DNA of 64,000 nucleotides, taken from NCBI GenBank assembly GCA_965205015.1, contig OZ242029.1:5312001-5376000 (forward strand), given 5' to 3'. Origin of the DNA: Candidatus Poribacteria bacterium. GTDB taxonomy: Bacteria > Poribacteria > WGA-4E > WGA-3G. A program made the position numbers and the translations under genes. Of the stretch, positions 55,548 to 64,000 are shown in pieces. Numbering within the stretch: position 1 is the stretch's first letter; every line of letters starts with the position of its first letter. The notes below the pieces were generated by a model. It saw only the letters and a list, made by a program, of their open reading frames with translations, did not search any database and was not told the DNA's origin.

Positions 55548-56999
55548 ATGAGCAAAATACGAGACACACAGCACTCCAAGGTCGAAATCGCTGTCAAGAA
55601 TTTTGGTCCCATTGCCGAAGCCAACATTGATCTGCGTCCGCTGACGGTGTTTGTTGGTACCAGCAACACAGGGAAAACGTATTTCTCAACACTAGTCTAT
55701 GTACTACATAGTATCTCCGGGGGGTTCGCTCCGTTTCCTTTGCAAAACCTTACTAATGCTTCCTTAGTTTCTGTAGACCGTGAACTTAAGAGAAAGTACT
55801 TTTTTTCAAGGCATCCTGAAGAGAAAGAGGCAATAAGGATACTACTTGAGGCAACACGAAAGGCCCTTGAAAAATTGATAGCAAGTCGTTCTCCATTCAA
55901 GTTTTCGGATCTCCCCGAAGTGTTGCGCAACCACCTACAATCAAATCTCACAAGCCCTGAGGTTATTCGCACTGAGCTCAATCGCTGTTTTGATTTTAAA
56001 TCGCTTTCAGACCTGATACGGTTTACCGATAGTTTCCATTGTAAGATGAAGGTTTCTCTAAAGGTAAGTGCGAAAAATCAAGAATGGTGGAACTTCAATA
56101 TGATAACCACCAAATCAGACCTCGTCGTGGACGGCGCAGTCAATGCTGATTTGGTACTTACGCCTGAAGATGAGGTTTTATGGAATTCAACGCCTAATGA
56201 TGAATTCACTGACTATGCCCCAAATGGTCGAAGAAGGTATTATTTGCCAGCCTCTCGCAGCGGCATCATTCAAAGTCATCGGATCATAGCAAGCTCCCTT
56301 ATGGAGCGAACTATTAGGTCAGGCGGTCCGGAAATTCCGACGCTTTCATCGGTGGTTGTAGATTTCATGAAGCAACTTCCTCTTTACGAGGAAAGTGAAT
56401 CTAATGACACAATACTTGCTATTGCCGACGCGATAGAATCAGAGGTGTTAGCGGGAAAAGTAATCGCAAGACCTTTACTGAGCGGCTATCCGGAGTTTTT
56501 CTATCAACCGCACGGAGCAAAAGCGGAAATTCGCTTAAATCAAACTTCCTCAATGGTATCTGAACTTGCTCCGCTTGTTCTATTTCTGCGAAGTCTTGTT
56601 CATCCTGGGGATACGCTTATCATCGAGGAACCGGAAGCACATCTGCATCCCGGTGCCCAAGCAGACATGGCAGTTATCCTCGCTCGCTTGGTCCGCGCGG
56701 GCGTAAGAGTAATCATAACGACCCATAGCGATTGGCTACTTCAGGAAATCGAAAATCTGGTTCTCGAGGGACTATTAGAGGAAGATACCGATGAACTTGC
56801 AAGTTGGTTGTTACCGAAAGAGGTCGGCGTATGGCATTTCCAAAAGGACGAAGCAGTAAAGGAAATTCCCTTTAAACCCAGAGAAGGCCTCTCTCCAGAG
56901 GATTATGAGGATGTTGCCGAAGGACTTTACAACCGCTCTGTGAATCTCCAACAGAAATTAGAGAAACAGGCAGGTAACAGCGAACGTGAACCTGCATAA
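55548..56999 (+). CDS. ABC/AAA_15-type ATPase (defence/TA-associated type)
   Basis: NFGPI, GTSNTGKT, PASR, IEEPEAHLHP, TTHSD. Confidence 0.85.
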   Translation: MSKIRDTQHSKVEIAVKNFGPIAEANIDLRPLTVFVGTSNTGKTYFSTLVYVLHSISGGFAPFPLQNLTNASLVSVDRELKRKYFFSRHPEEKEAIRILLEATRKALEKLIASRSPFKFSDLPEVLRNHLQSNLTSPEVIRTELNRCFDFKSLSDLIRFTDSFHCKMKVSLKVSAKNQEWWNFNMITTKSDLVVDGAVNADLVLTPEDEVLWNSTPNDEFTDYAPNGRRRYYLPASRSGIIQSHRIIASSLMERTIRSGGPEIPTLSSVVVDFMKQLPLYEESESNDTILAIADAIESEVLAGKVIARPLLSGYPEFFYQPHGAKAEIRLNQTSSMVSELAPLVLFLRSLVHPGDTLIIEEPEAHLHPGAQADMAVILARLVRAGVRVIITTHSDWLLQEIENLVLEGLLEEDTDELASWLLPKEVGVWHFQKDEAVKEIPFKPREGLSPEDYEDVAEGLYNRSVNLQQKLEKQAGNSEREPA

Positions 57000-57480
57000 C
57001 GTTCTTGAGGAGGTTCGACAGTGGGTAGGCAATAGAATAGCAACATCCTATATCAAAGAAGGATGTCGTGTCTCTATGGCTAATATACCATCAGCGCGCG
57101 TTGTGTTGGACGTAGATCGTGCGTTTCCAACGGACAGAGCAAGGACAAACCAATGCGATTTTGTTCTCTTCTACATTGACACTACCCAAAACAGACTCGT
57201 CGGGGTTCCAATGGAGCTTAAAAAAGGCAGCGTTAATGCATCAGAAGTGATTGCCCAGTTGCAAGAAGGCGCGCGCATCGTTGATAACCACACGCCACAT
57301 GATGTTGAGATGGATCTTGTTTTTCTTCTGGTCCACGGTGCTGGTATGCATAGAAGTCAGCGAAACCGACTTAGAACTGCCAGAATCAGGTTCCGAGGCA
57401 CAGAATTTCCGATTAATACGGCGCGATGTGGTCACCAAGGAAACTTAGCACAAGCTTTAGCAAAGTCAACGAAACGTTGA
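56986..57480 (+). CDS. Hypothetical protein overlapping the ATPase, possible PD-(D/E)xK nuclease
   Basis: CDF...MELKKG...QL motif; start overlaps the ATPase 3' end. Confidence 0.6.
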   Translation: MNLHNVLEEVRQWVGNRIATSYIKEGCRVSMANIPSARVVLDVDRAFPTDRARTNQCDFVLFYIDTTQNRLVGVPMELKKGSVNASEVIAQLQEGARIVDNHTPHDVEMDLVFLLVHGAGMHRSQRNRLRTARIRFRGTEFPINTARCGHQGNLAQALAKSTKR

Positions 57481-57532
57481 CTTTCTGTATGTGGGAATTG
57501 GATCCACCTGTTTCATTTTCTGGTTTTCTCGA

Positions 57533-58507
57533 TTATCCCTCAACCCGTTCAACCTGTCCGGTTTCCAACGAGCGATTCGCGGCAAGCGTAACGGCAAGCG
57601 ACTTGACAGCATCGGCGTAGGGCGCAATGACCAATCCTTGGTCGTTGGCTTCAACTGCTCTGATGAACTGCTCAACCTGTCGGAAGTAACCCGCCTCCGT
57701 GCCGGTGTAGTCGATCGCCTCACCGCTGATTTGTCCACGCAACCCGAGGTCGAGCGTGAGTTTGAGATAGAAGTCGTCACCGACCAACTCGGCTGCGAAA
57801 TGGTCGTGTGCGCGGGCGACACAGGTGCTGGTGATACTGCCTACCGCGCCACTGTCAAACTGCATATTGCAGACGGTACACTCCTCAAAATCAGCGATCC
57901 CCTCAGAAACCCCCTTGATCCCGTAGGCGTGAACATTTGAGACATCCCCGAGGAAGTAGCGAATGAGGTCGAAAACGTGGGTCGTCTGCTCGACCATCTG
58001 TCCGCGCGAGACCTCATATTTTCCCCACCACGGATGACCTGCACCCATTCTTGTAAGGAACCGTCCGATCCCCATTGTGAGTTGCCGATCGCCGACCAAT
58101 TCCTTTGCTTTCGCTGTAATATCGCTATAGCGCGCCATATAACCGACCTGGTTAATGACGTTGGCGGTAGCAATTGCATCGCGAGCGTATTGCGCGGTTT
58201 CCAAATCCTGTGCGACGGGTTTGGCGACAAAGACCGCTGCGCCAGATGCCGCCGCGTCGGCAACCTGCGTCGTGTGTGCACCGGGTGGGATGCAGATGAA
58301 GACGACATCCGGTTTTTCTTTCTGTAGCATCTCATTGTGGTCGGTATATGCCGTCGCATTTTCTTCATCGGCGATAGATGCGACGCGTTCAGCATTTATA
58401 TCACAGACTGCCGCAATGGGGCGTTCAAGTTGTCCGAGGCTTTGGCGGTAACTTCTGGTGATACCACCAACGCCGATAAAGGTAATTTTCAAATTCTGTT
58501 CATTCAC
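57533..58507 (-). CDS. Gfo/Idh/MocA oxidoreductase
   Basis: IGVGGI, VFVAKP, EQTTH..D; GTG start after AAGGAG. Confidence 0.9.
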   Translation of the reverse strand: MNEQNLKITFIGVGGITRSYRQSLGQLERPIAAVCDINAERVASIADEENATAYTDHNEMLQKEKPDVVFICIPPGAHTTQVADAAASGAAVFVAKPVAQDLETAQYARDAIATANVINQVGYMARYSDITAKAKELVGDRQLTMGIGRFLTRMGAGHPWWGKYEVSRGQMVEQTTHVFDLIRYFLGDVSNVHAYGIKGVSEGIADFEECTVCNMQFDSGAVGSITSTCVARAHDHFAAELVGDDFYLKLTLDLGLRGQISGEAIDYTGTEAGYFRQVEQFIRAVEANDQGLVIAPYADAVKSLAVTLAANRSLETGQVERVEG

Positions 58508-58569
58508 GCGGTTTTTCTCCTTGGTTTCCAATAAATTGACAGATCAATGCTGAATACTCAGATCAGTTC

Positions 58570-59208
58570 TCAAATCTTATCTCGAAAATAACAGAAACTG
58601 GGTGACGCGTTTTTGTCTACATTCATATGTGGAGTGATTTTCTGTGCCCAAATTGATTTTTCTCTGCCAACTGCTTGTTTGTCTTTCTTTTTTAATGCCC
58701 TTAATCCACCTGTGAATACTGCCTCAGCCAAAAGTTCCCACGTACCACAAATAGAGTCGTTTTTGTAGTTATTTATCACATTATCTTTGGCTTTTGGGTA
58801 GGATGCCTTGATCGCCGGAATATCCCCAAGAAACCACGCTTCACCCTCTTCCACAGCGATACAAAACCGAGTCTCTATTTCAGGATTACACGCATTCAGC
58901 AGATCGAGAAGTTTTTGACGAAATGTTTTCAGACATTTATTGTCTAAATCGCAAACTACGATTAAAACTGTTGAGTGTCTGGCAGGATTGCTGGCATATG
59001 TCTTTCCATAACCTTTAAGCAGTTCGGGCAAACGATCCAGCAAAATGCGATTACGTGCTTCGGTGCGACTCTTGAGGTTTTTAGGAATGCGACCAACTCC
59101 TCGGTAACTAATAACCCTATACGTATGTTTTCTTCCAATAATCTTGGGCATTAAAATATCAAGTGTTTTCTTGCCTGATTGGTCTTCAACAAGTATCTCA
59201 AAGTGCAT
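58570..59208 (-). CDS. DUF4276-like protein (TOPRIM-like)
   Basis: ILVED, VVCDLD, EEGEAWFLGD, N.SPSF. Confidence 0.75.
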   Translation of the reverse strand: MHFEILVEDQSGKKTLDILMPKIIGRKHTYRVISYRGVGRIPKNLKSRTEARNRILLDRLPELLKGYGKTYASNPARHSTVLIVVCDLDNKCLKTFRQKLLDLLNACNPEIETRFCIAVEEGEAWFLGDIPAIKASYPKAKDNVINNYKNDSICGTWELLAEAVFTGGLRALKKKDKQAVGREKSIWAQKITPHMNVDKNASPSFCYFRDKI

Positions 59209-60498
59209 TCATGGCCTCGGATCAAGATAATCACTGTACCAGAGTCCGCCTAATGGCAAACCTTCTTCGACGAGGTTGTTAACGAGTGGATCTTCGTTTG
59301 CTCGACGAATTTTGGAGAACCCGTCTTCGCCTTTTTCGAGGATCCAGACCTCTTTCGGGTTTAACGCATCAACAAAATATGGTTGGTGCGTCGTAATAAA
59401 AACTTGCGAACCCCCCTTGTGTCCAGTCGCGTGTTCACGAAATTCGATGGCGAGAGTCTCCAAAAGTTTGTGATATAAGCCGTTTTCCGGTTCCTCAATG
59501 CAAATAAAGGGAGGCGGTGTTGGGTCTTCAAGCATCAGCAGATAGGCGAATACTTTGAGGGTTCCATCGGACATCTGTTGTGCATAAAAAGGATCTTGAA
59601 ATCCTTTGTCGTTGAACTTAAGTAATAGCCTGCCGTCACTGGTTTTTTCAGTGTCAATTTGATCTATTCCAGGTATTTTATCGGCGATTTTTTTTAGAAT
59701 TGTGTGGAAACGCTGAGGGTGTTCGCGCTCCATAAATTGCACAACATTACCAAGGTTGTCGCCGCGGGTATTGAGGTGTTCTTGAGGACCAGCAAGCGGC
59801 AGACTACGTGCTGCATCCGGGGTAAAGTAACTGAGATACCATCCCTCAATGAACCGACGAAAAGCGGAGATTCGAGGATGTTGCTTCAATGCTCCAATTG
59901 TAGCGATACCGAGTTTACGCGGGTCACTCAAATCAATAGTCTCTGTTTCTCCAGATTCCTCTGCTTTTATGGATTCCAGAAATGTCAGAAATGATTGTAA
60001 GTCCTCAATCGCTTCATCAATTTGGTGTCCTGAGTGATCTCCTTTCCATGCCACACCACTACCATTATTCAATATCAGAAAAGAGAAGGGCCACCCACGC
60101 TTCTGCCCCTTTCGTCTTTGTCGAAGACGTTCCCGAAGGACATAAGGACGTCCGAACCCATCTGCTGTAATAGCAATTTGGTATGTAATGGGTCTGGCGT
60201 TTCCGTGTTCTCTGTAGTATATATCAAATTCAATAGGATCTGTCGTTCCGTGAGTCCGCATTTTGTCAATACCGCCTCGCCCTCGTGCGTCGCATGCTTC
60301 TTCAATATTATTGAAGTTGAGAGCATCCGCAAGGAACCCGAAAGCATCAAATAGAGCACTTTTGCCAACGCCATTCTTTCCGATTACTGCTGTCATAGGA
60401 GTAAGTGCTTCTATTTTCTGTTGGTTCCACAAGCGACCGAGCGTCACATCCTTGAGAACCCCGAAATTTCTTACCCTGAAACCTTCTAATCTGGCCAC
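59209..60498 (-). CDS. AAA_21/ABC-type ATPase
   Basis: GKNGVGKS, MSDGT, IEEPENGL, TTHQP. Confidence 0.9.
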   Translation of the reverse strand: MARLEGFRVRNFGVLKDVTLGRLWNQQKIEALTPMTAVIGKNGVGKSALFDAFGFLADALNFNNIEEACDARGRGGIDKMRTHGTTDPIEFDIYYREHGNARPITYQIAITADGFGRPYVLRERLRQRRKGQKRGWPFSFLILNNGSGVAWKGDHSGHQIDEAIEDLQSFLTFLESIKAEESGETETIDLSDPRKLGIATIGALKQHPRISAFRRFIEGWYLSYFTPDAARSLPLAGPQEHLNTRGDNLGNVVQFMEREHPQRFHTILKKIADKIPGIDQIDTEKTSDGRLLLKFNDKGFQDPFYAQQMSDGTLKVFAYLLMLEDPTPPPFICIEEPENGLYHKLLETLAIEFREHATGHKGGSQVFITTHQPYFVDALNPKEVWILEKGEDGFSKIRRANEDPLVNNLVEEGLPLGGLWYSDYLDPRP

Positions 60499-60666
60499 GT
60501 TACGATCTCCATTTTCATTTCTGCGGATATCAAAACAAGTTCTCGGTTATTGTAGCACATCTTGCGTTATTTTGAAAATTGAAATCCTTGGATTATGGCA
60601 TAGGATCGAAGGTCGGACGAGATGTTTCAGTCTGCCTCCACGCTCGGGTTGATTTGAGAATCAGTT

Positions 60667-63600
60667 TTAATCGTCTGCAGGAACTGCAACACTTGACAAT
60701 TCTTCGTCTGAGACGGGACGGAAGCGTGCTTCTGGGTTTTTCAAAACGAGTCTACGAAGGTCCGTTGTGATGGCATATAATCCCGGCATCACGAACAGCG
60801 TCATCAATGTTGCAACGGCGAGTCCGAAAATGATCGTATACGCCATCGGCATCCAGATAGGCGACTTACCACCTAACCCGATTGCCATCGGAATGAGTCC
60901 GAAAATCGTCGTCACCGTGGTGAGAACAATTGGACGCAATCGGAGACTACTGCCTTTCAGAATAGCGTACCACTTGTTATACCCCTTTTCTCGGTATGTG
61001 TTAATGAAGTCGATAAGAACAATTGAATCGTTCACCACAATCCCCGCGAGTGCGACGATACCAAACATCGCGACGATACTCAGCGTCGCATTGGAAAGGA
61101 GGAGGCCAATCATCGCACCGATCATACCGAATGGAACAGCAAACATAATGATAATCGGTTGTATAAACGACCTGAATTGTGCACCCAATACGACATAGAT
61201 GAGCAATAACCCAACAATGAACAACTTCCACAACTCGGAAAAGGATTCTGTAATTTCATCAAAAACCCCTCGAAAATCGAGTTGGTATCCCGGATACAAA
61301 GATTCTATATCAGCAAATGCGCTGATGAGCGATTGATTCACTTTAAAGGCAGTCGTCTTTTCTCTATTTACCGAGGCATAAACCGTAATTGCCCGTTCTC
61401 CCTCGAATCGATGGACATCTGCGTATCCCTTTTTCTCCACGATGTCCGCAACATCCTTGAGTGGAACAATCGCACCGGTGGGTGTTGCGATCAAGAGGTT
61501 ATTAAGTTCAGCAAGATTTGTAAGTGTGTCCTCCTCATATTTGACGATGACATTAATCGCCTCGTCTGCTTCACGATAGGTTGTCGCTTTAGCCCCGTCA
61601 ATCGCTGTCCGAATGGTTTGTGCAACCTGAAACGTCGTTAATCCATATTGATATGCTTTCTCCTGATTCAAGTAGATGTGCAGTTCAGATTTTCCGATGC
61701 TGAAGTCATCTCGGATATCGTAAACGCCATCTATCTGAGATAGAGCTGTCTTAAAAACGCCAGTGAGTTCAATTAGATTCTCAAATCTCGGTCCTTTTAC
61801 TTTGACGCTCACATCTGCTACTTGTGGTGCCCCCCCGTCCTGTGTGACGAAACTCAGCCGCTCAATTCCGCTAATGGTTGTGGTTTTCGTCCGTAGGTCT
61901 GCGATGATCTCATCCACACCACGGGTGCGTTCTTGCTTTGGTGTGAGCTCGACGATTACCTCTCCTAAATTTGAGCCGTAGGTAACACTTCTTCTTACCA
62001 AACCTGACATAAATGTGTGTAAACCGACATTGCTGACGACCGCATCAACTTCAGTTGATGGAAGTCCTTTAGCCATCTCTTCAATTTGGACAATTACTTC
62101 TGTTGTTTCCTGTATTCCGTAGGAAGGCGGCATTTCGGCTTGGACATAAAATTGTGGGAACTCTTCACCAGGGAAGAGTTCCCTGTCAAGAATAAAAAAT
62201 GCCCCGATGCATGCAACCAATCCGAAGAAGAGGACACTCCCTACAAACGCATATCGGTGTCGAATGGTTATTTTCAGGATTCTAACATATCGGTTCCGAA
62301 TTAATTCAAAAAACATGGCAAACCACACGAAAAAGCCGACAATGCGGACACCGAGAGTGAAACCGCTCGGAGACTCGGTTCGGAGATTTTCAAGCCTGCT
62401 GCGTCCTGTGCGAATTTTGGTTCTTCCCCATTCAGCGACGTGTGCTGGTAAAATTACGAAGACTTCAAAAAGAGAGGCTATCAACACCAGAATCGCCATA
62501 ACCGGCACGATCCGCATAAACTGTCCAGTAACACCTGACATAAACATCAACGGTCCAAAAGCACAGATTGTCGTCAAACTTGCCGCTACAACGGGCCAAC
62601 CGACCTCTTCCGCCCCACGAATGGCGGCAACTTTCGGTGATTCGCCTGCCTCAATATGCCGGTAGATGTTCTCTATGACAACGATAGCATCGTCAACAAC
62701 GATTCCAACGACTAAGATAAGCCCAAACAAGGAGACACCGCTGAGTGTATAACCAGTAATGGACATAAACCAAAATGTTGCCATGAACGCCACCGGTATG
62801 CCGAGTGCTGCAAATAGGGCATTCCGCCATCCAATAAAGAGAAGGAGCATTAGCACAACAAGCACCAAACCGAAAAACGCATTTGTTTCAAGAATTCCCA
62901 ATCGTTCTTTGAGAACAACGGAATAGTCATTAACAACCGTCAACTCAGCACCTTCAGGGAGATTCATTCTCCGATTGTCGACTAATTCTCGAAGTTTAGC
63001 AACTAATGCAATTGTGTTTCCTTCAGTCTTCTTTTGCACGCTCAGGCTAATCGAAGGTTGTCCATCAAGTCGCGATAGCGTTCGCACCTCCTCGTAGGTG
63101 TCAGAGATCGTTGCAACATCTTTCAGACGGAGAAGCGTCCCTATCGACTGAACTGTGATGAGAGTTTCGCCAATAGTGTCTAAATCGGTGAATTCTCCCA
63201 TCGTTCGGATCATGAATTCTGTGCCTCCCAGTTCCATTGTGCCGGCGGGGAGATTCAAGTTGTTTGTTCCCAGCGCGGTAATGACCGCTGAAATTGGGAG
63301 TTGATATGCCTTCAATCGATCCGGGTTCACCTCAATCCATATTTCCCTCTCACGGAGACCCGCCATTCGGACAGAGGCGATGTTTTTGATGCCCGAGATT
63401 TCATCTTTGAGATTTTCAGCAATATCCCGCATCTGCGTTTCCGCAATATTTCCACCTACAACAATCGTCAAAATAGGAAAACCAAATGAGATATCAAATT
63501 CTTCGACCCTCGGATCATCTAAAATCTCCTCTGGCAACGCATTTACCTGCTCAACAGCGGTGCGTAGGTTTTCAAGTTCCTTGTCAAAATCCCGGTCGCT

Positions 63601-63897
63601 TATCTCCTCAAAATCGACAAAGATAACAGAACGCCCCTCTGAAGAGTTAGAAAACAATAATTCAACTTTGTTGACGTCCTCCTCAATAGCATCTTCAATA
63701 GGAGCAGTGACAAGCTTTTCAACTTCTTCTGGGGATGCTCCGGGATATAACGTTGTCACAACTGCGCTCTGTACTGAGACTTCTGGGGTGAGTTCCCGCG
63801 GTAGGTTCATCCATGCGTACACCCCAAAAACGATGATTATAATCATCAAGAGATTCGCTAAAACAGGATTGTTTACGGATATTTTGGGGATGGACAT
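60667..63897 (-). CDS. RND efflux permease (AcrB/AcrD/AcrF family)
   Basis: YPGASPEEVE, GIVVDDAIVV.EN, GIVVNDSIVL, RLRPI.LT. Confidence 0.95.
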   Translation of the reverse strand: MSIPKISVNNPVLANLLMIIIIVFGVYAWMNLPRELTPEVSVQSAVVTTLYPGASPEEVEKLVTAPIEDAIEEDVNKVELLFSNSSEGRSVIFVDFEEISDRDFDKELENLRTAVEQVNALPEEILDDPRVEEFDISFGFPILTIVVGGNIAETQMRDIAENLKDEISGIKNIASVRMAGLREREIWIEVNPDRLKAYQLPISAVITALGTNNLNLPAGTMELGGTEFMIRTMGEFTDLDTIGETLITVQSIGTLLRLKDVATISDTYEEVRTLSRLDGQPSISLSVQKKTEGNTIALVAKLRELVDNRRMNLPEGAELTVVNDYSVVLKERLGILETNAFFGLVLVVLMLLLFIGWRNALFAALGIPVAFMATFWFMSITGYTLSGVSLFGLILVVGIVVDDAIVVIENIYRHIEAGESPKVAAIRGAEEVGWPVVAASLTTICAFGPLMFMSGVTGQFMRIVPVMAILVLIASLFEVFVILPAHVAEWGRTKIRTGRSRLENLRTESPSGFTLGVRIVGFFVWFAMFFELIRNRYVRILKITIRHRYAFVGSVLFFGLVACIGAFFILDRELFPGEEFPQFYVQAEMPPSYGIQETTEVIVQIEEMAKGLPSTEVDAVVSNVGLHTFMSGLVRRSVTYGSNLGEVIVELTPKQERTRGVDEIIADLRTKTTTISGIERLSFVTQDGGAPQVADVSVKVKGPRFENLIELTGVFKTALSQIDGVYDIRDDFSIGKSELHIYLNQEKAYQYGLTTFQVAQTIRTAIDGAKATTYREADEAINVIVKYEEDTLTNLAELNNLLIATPTGAIVPLKDVADIVEKKGYADVHRFEGERAITVYASVNREKTTAFKVNQSLISAFADIESLYPGYQLDFRGVFDEITESFSELWKLFIVGLLLIYVVLGAQFRSFIQPIIIMFAVPFGMIGAMIGLLLSNATLSIVAMFGIVALAGIVVNDSIVLIDFINTYREKGYNKWYAILKGSSLRLRPIVLTTVTTIFGLIPMAIGLGGKSPIWMPMAYTIIFGLAVATLMTLFVMPGLYAITTDLRRLVLKNPEARFRPVSDEELSSVAVPADD

Positions 63898-64000
63898 CGC
63901 GATTAGATTTGGCTGTGTGAGGTTGGAATTTGGTATTAATCTACAGATATTTTGGCTGTAAAGTCAAAAAGTGTATAAGGCGAGGTCAGCAAACCTCGCC

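Noticed and set aside
560-63961. Numerous antisense and alternate-frame ORFs in the track (e.g. 560-1165, 15336-15944, 48679-49452, 63380-63961)
   Set aside because: They shadow well-supported genes and have no recognisable motifs or RBS.

Overview
Bacterial window of roughly 50% GC, densely coding and mostly metabolic or housekeeping: msrB, a ClpX-like ATPase, sat, nth, infA, cysteine synthase, modABC, coaE, hisA, an RfaE2-like nucleotidyltransferase and an RND pump. The gene mix (PhyH dioxygenase, paralogous large DUF6785/6784-type membrane proteins, several Gfo/Idh/MocA enzymes, a WD40 protein with a FlgD/T9SS-like tail, many GTAG palindromes) resembles Candidatus Poribacteria; this is inference only. 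The main accessory feature is a non-autonomous IS200/IS605-family OMEGA element (about 17342-18669, minus strand). It encodes IsrB (PLMP, split RuvC, bridge helix, no HNH) and its omegaRNA, lies just downstream of a sigma70-like promoter, and its omegaRNA is interrupted by a 113-bp TA-duplicating MITE. Other oddities are an intact but highly divergent EF-Tu paralog with broken G3/G4 motifs, an IF-1 with a ~47-aa basic N-terminal extension, a nested repeat inserted in frame into a DUF4340 protein, a sigma54 promoter with paired palindromes upstream of a LarA-like/MetE-like operon, and two ABC-ATPase plus putative-nuclease cassettes. No tRNA, rRNA or CRISPR array was seen. All family calls come from motif recognition by eye, not from database searches.
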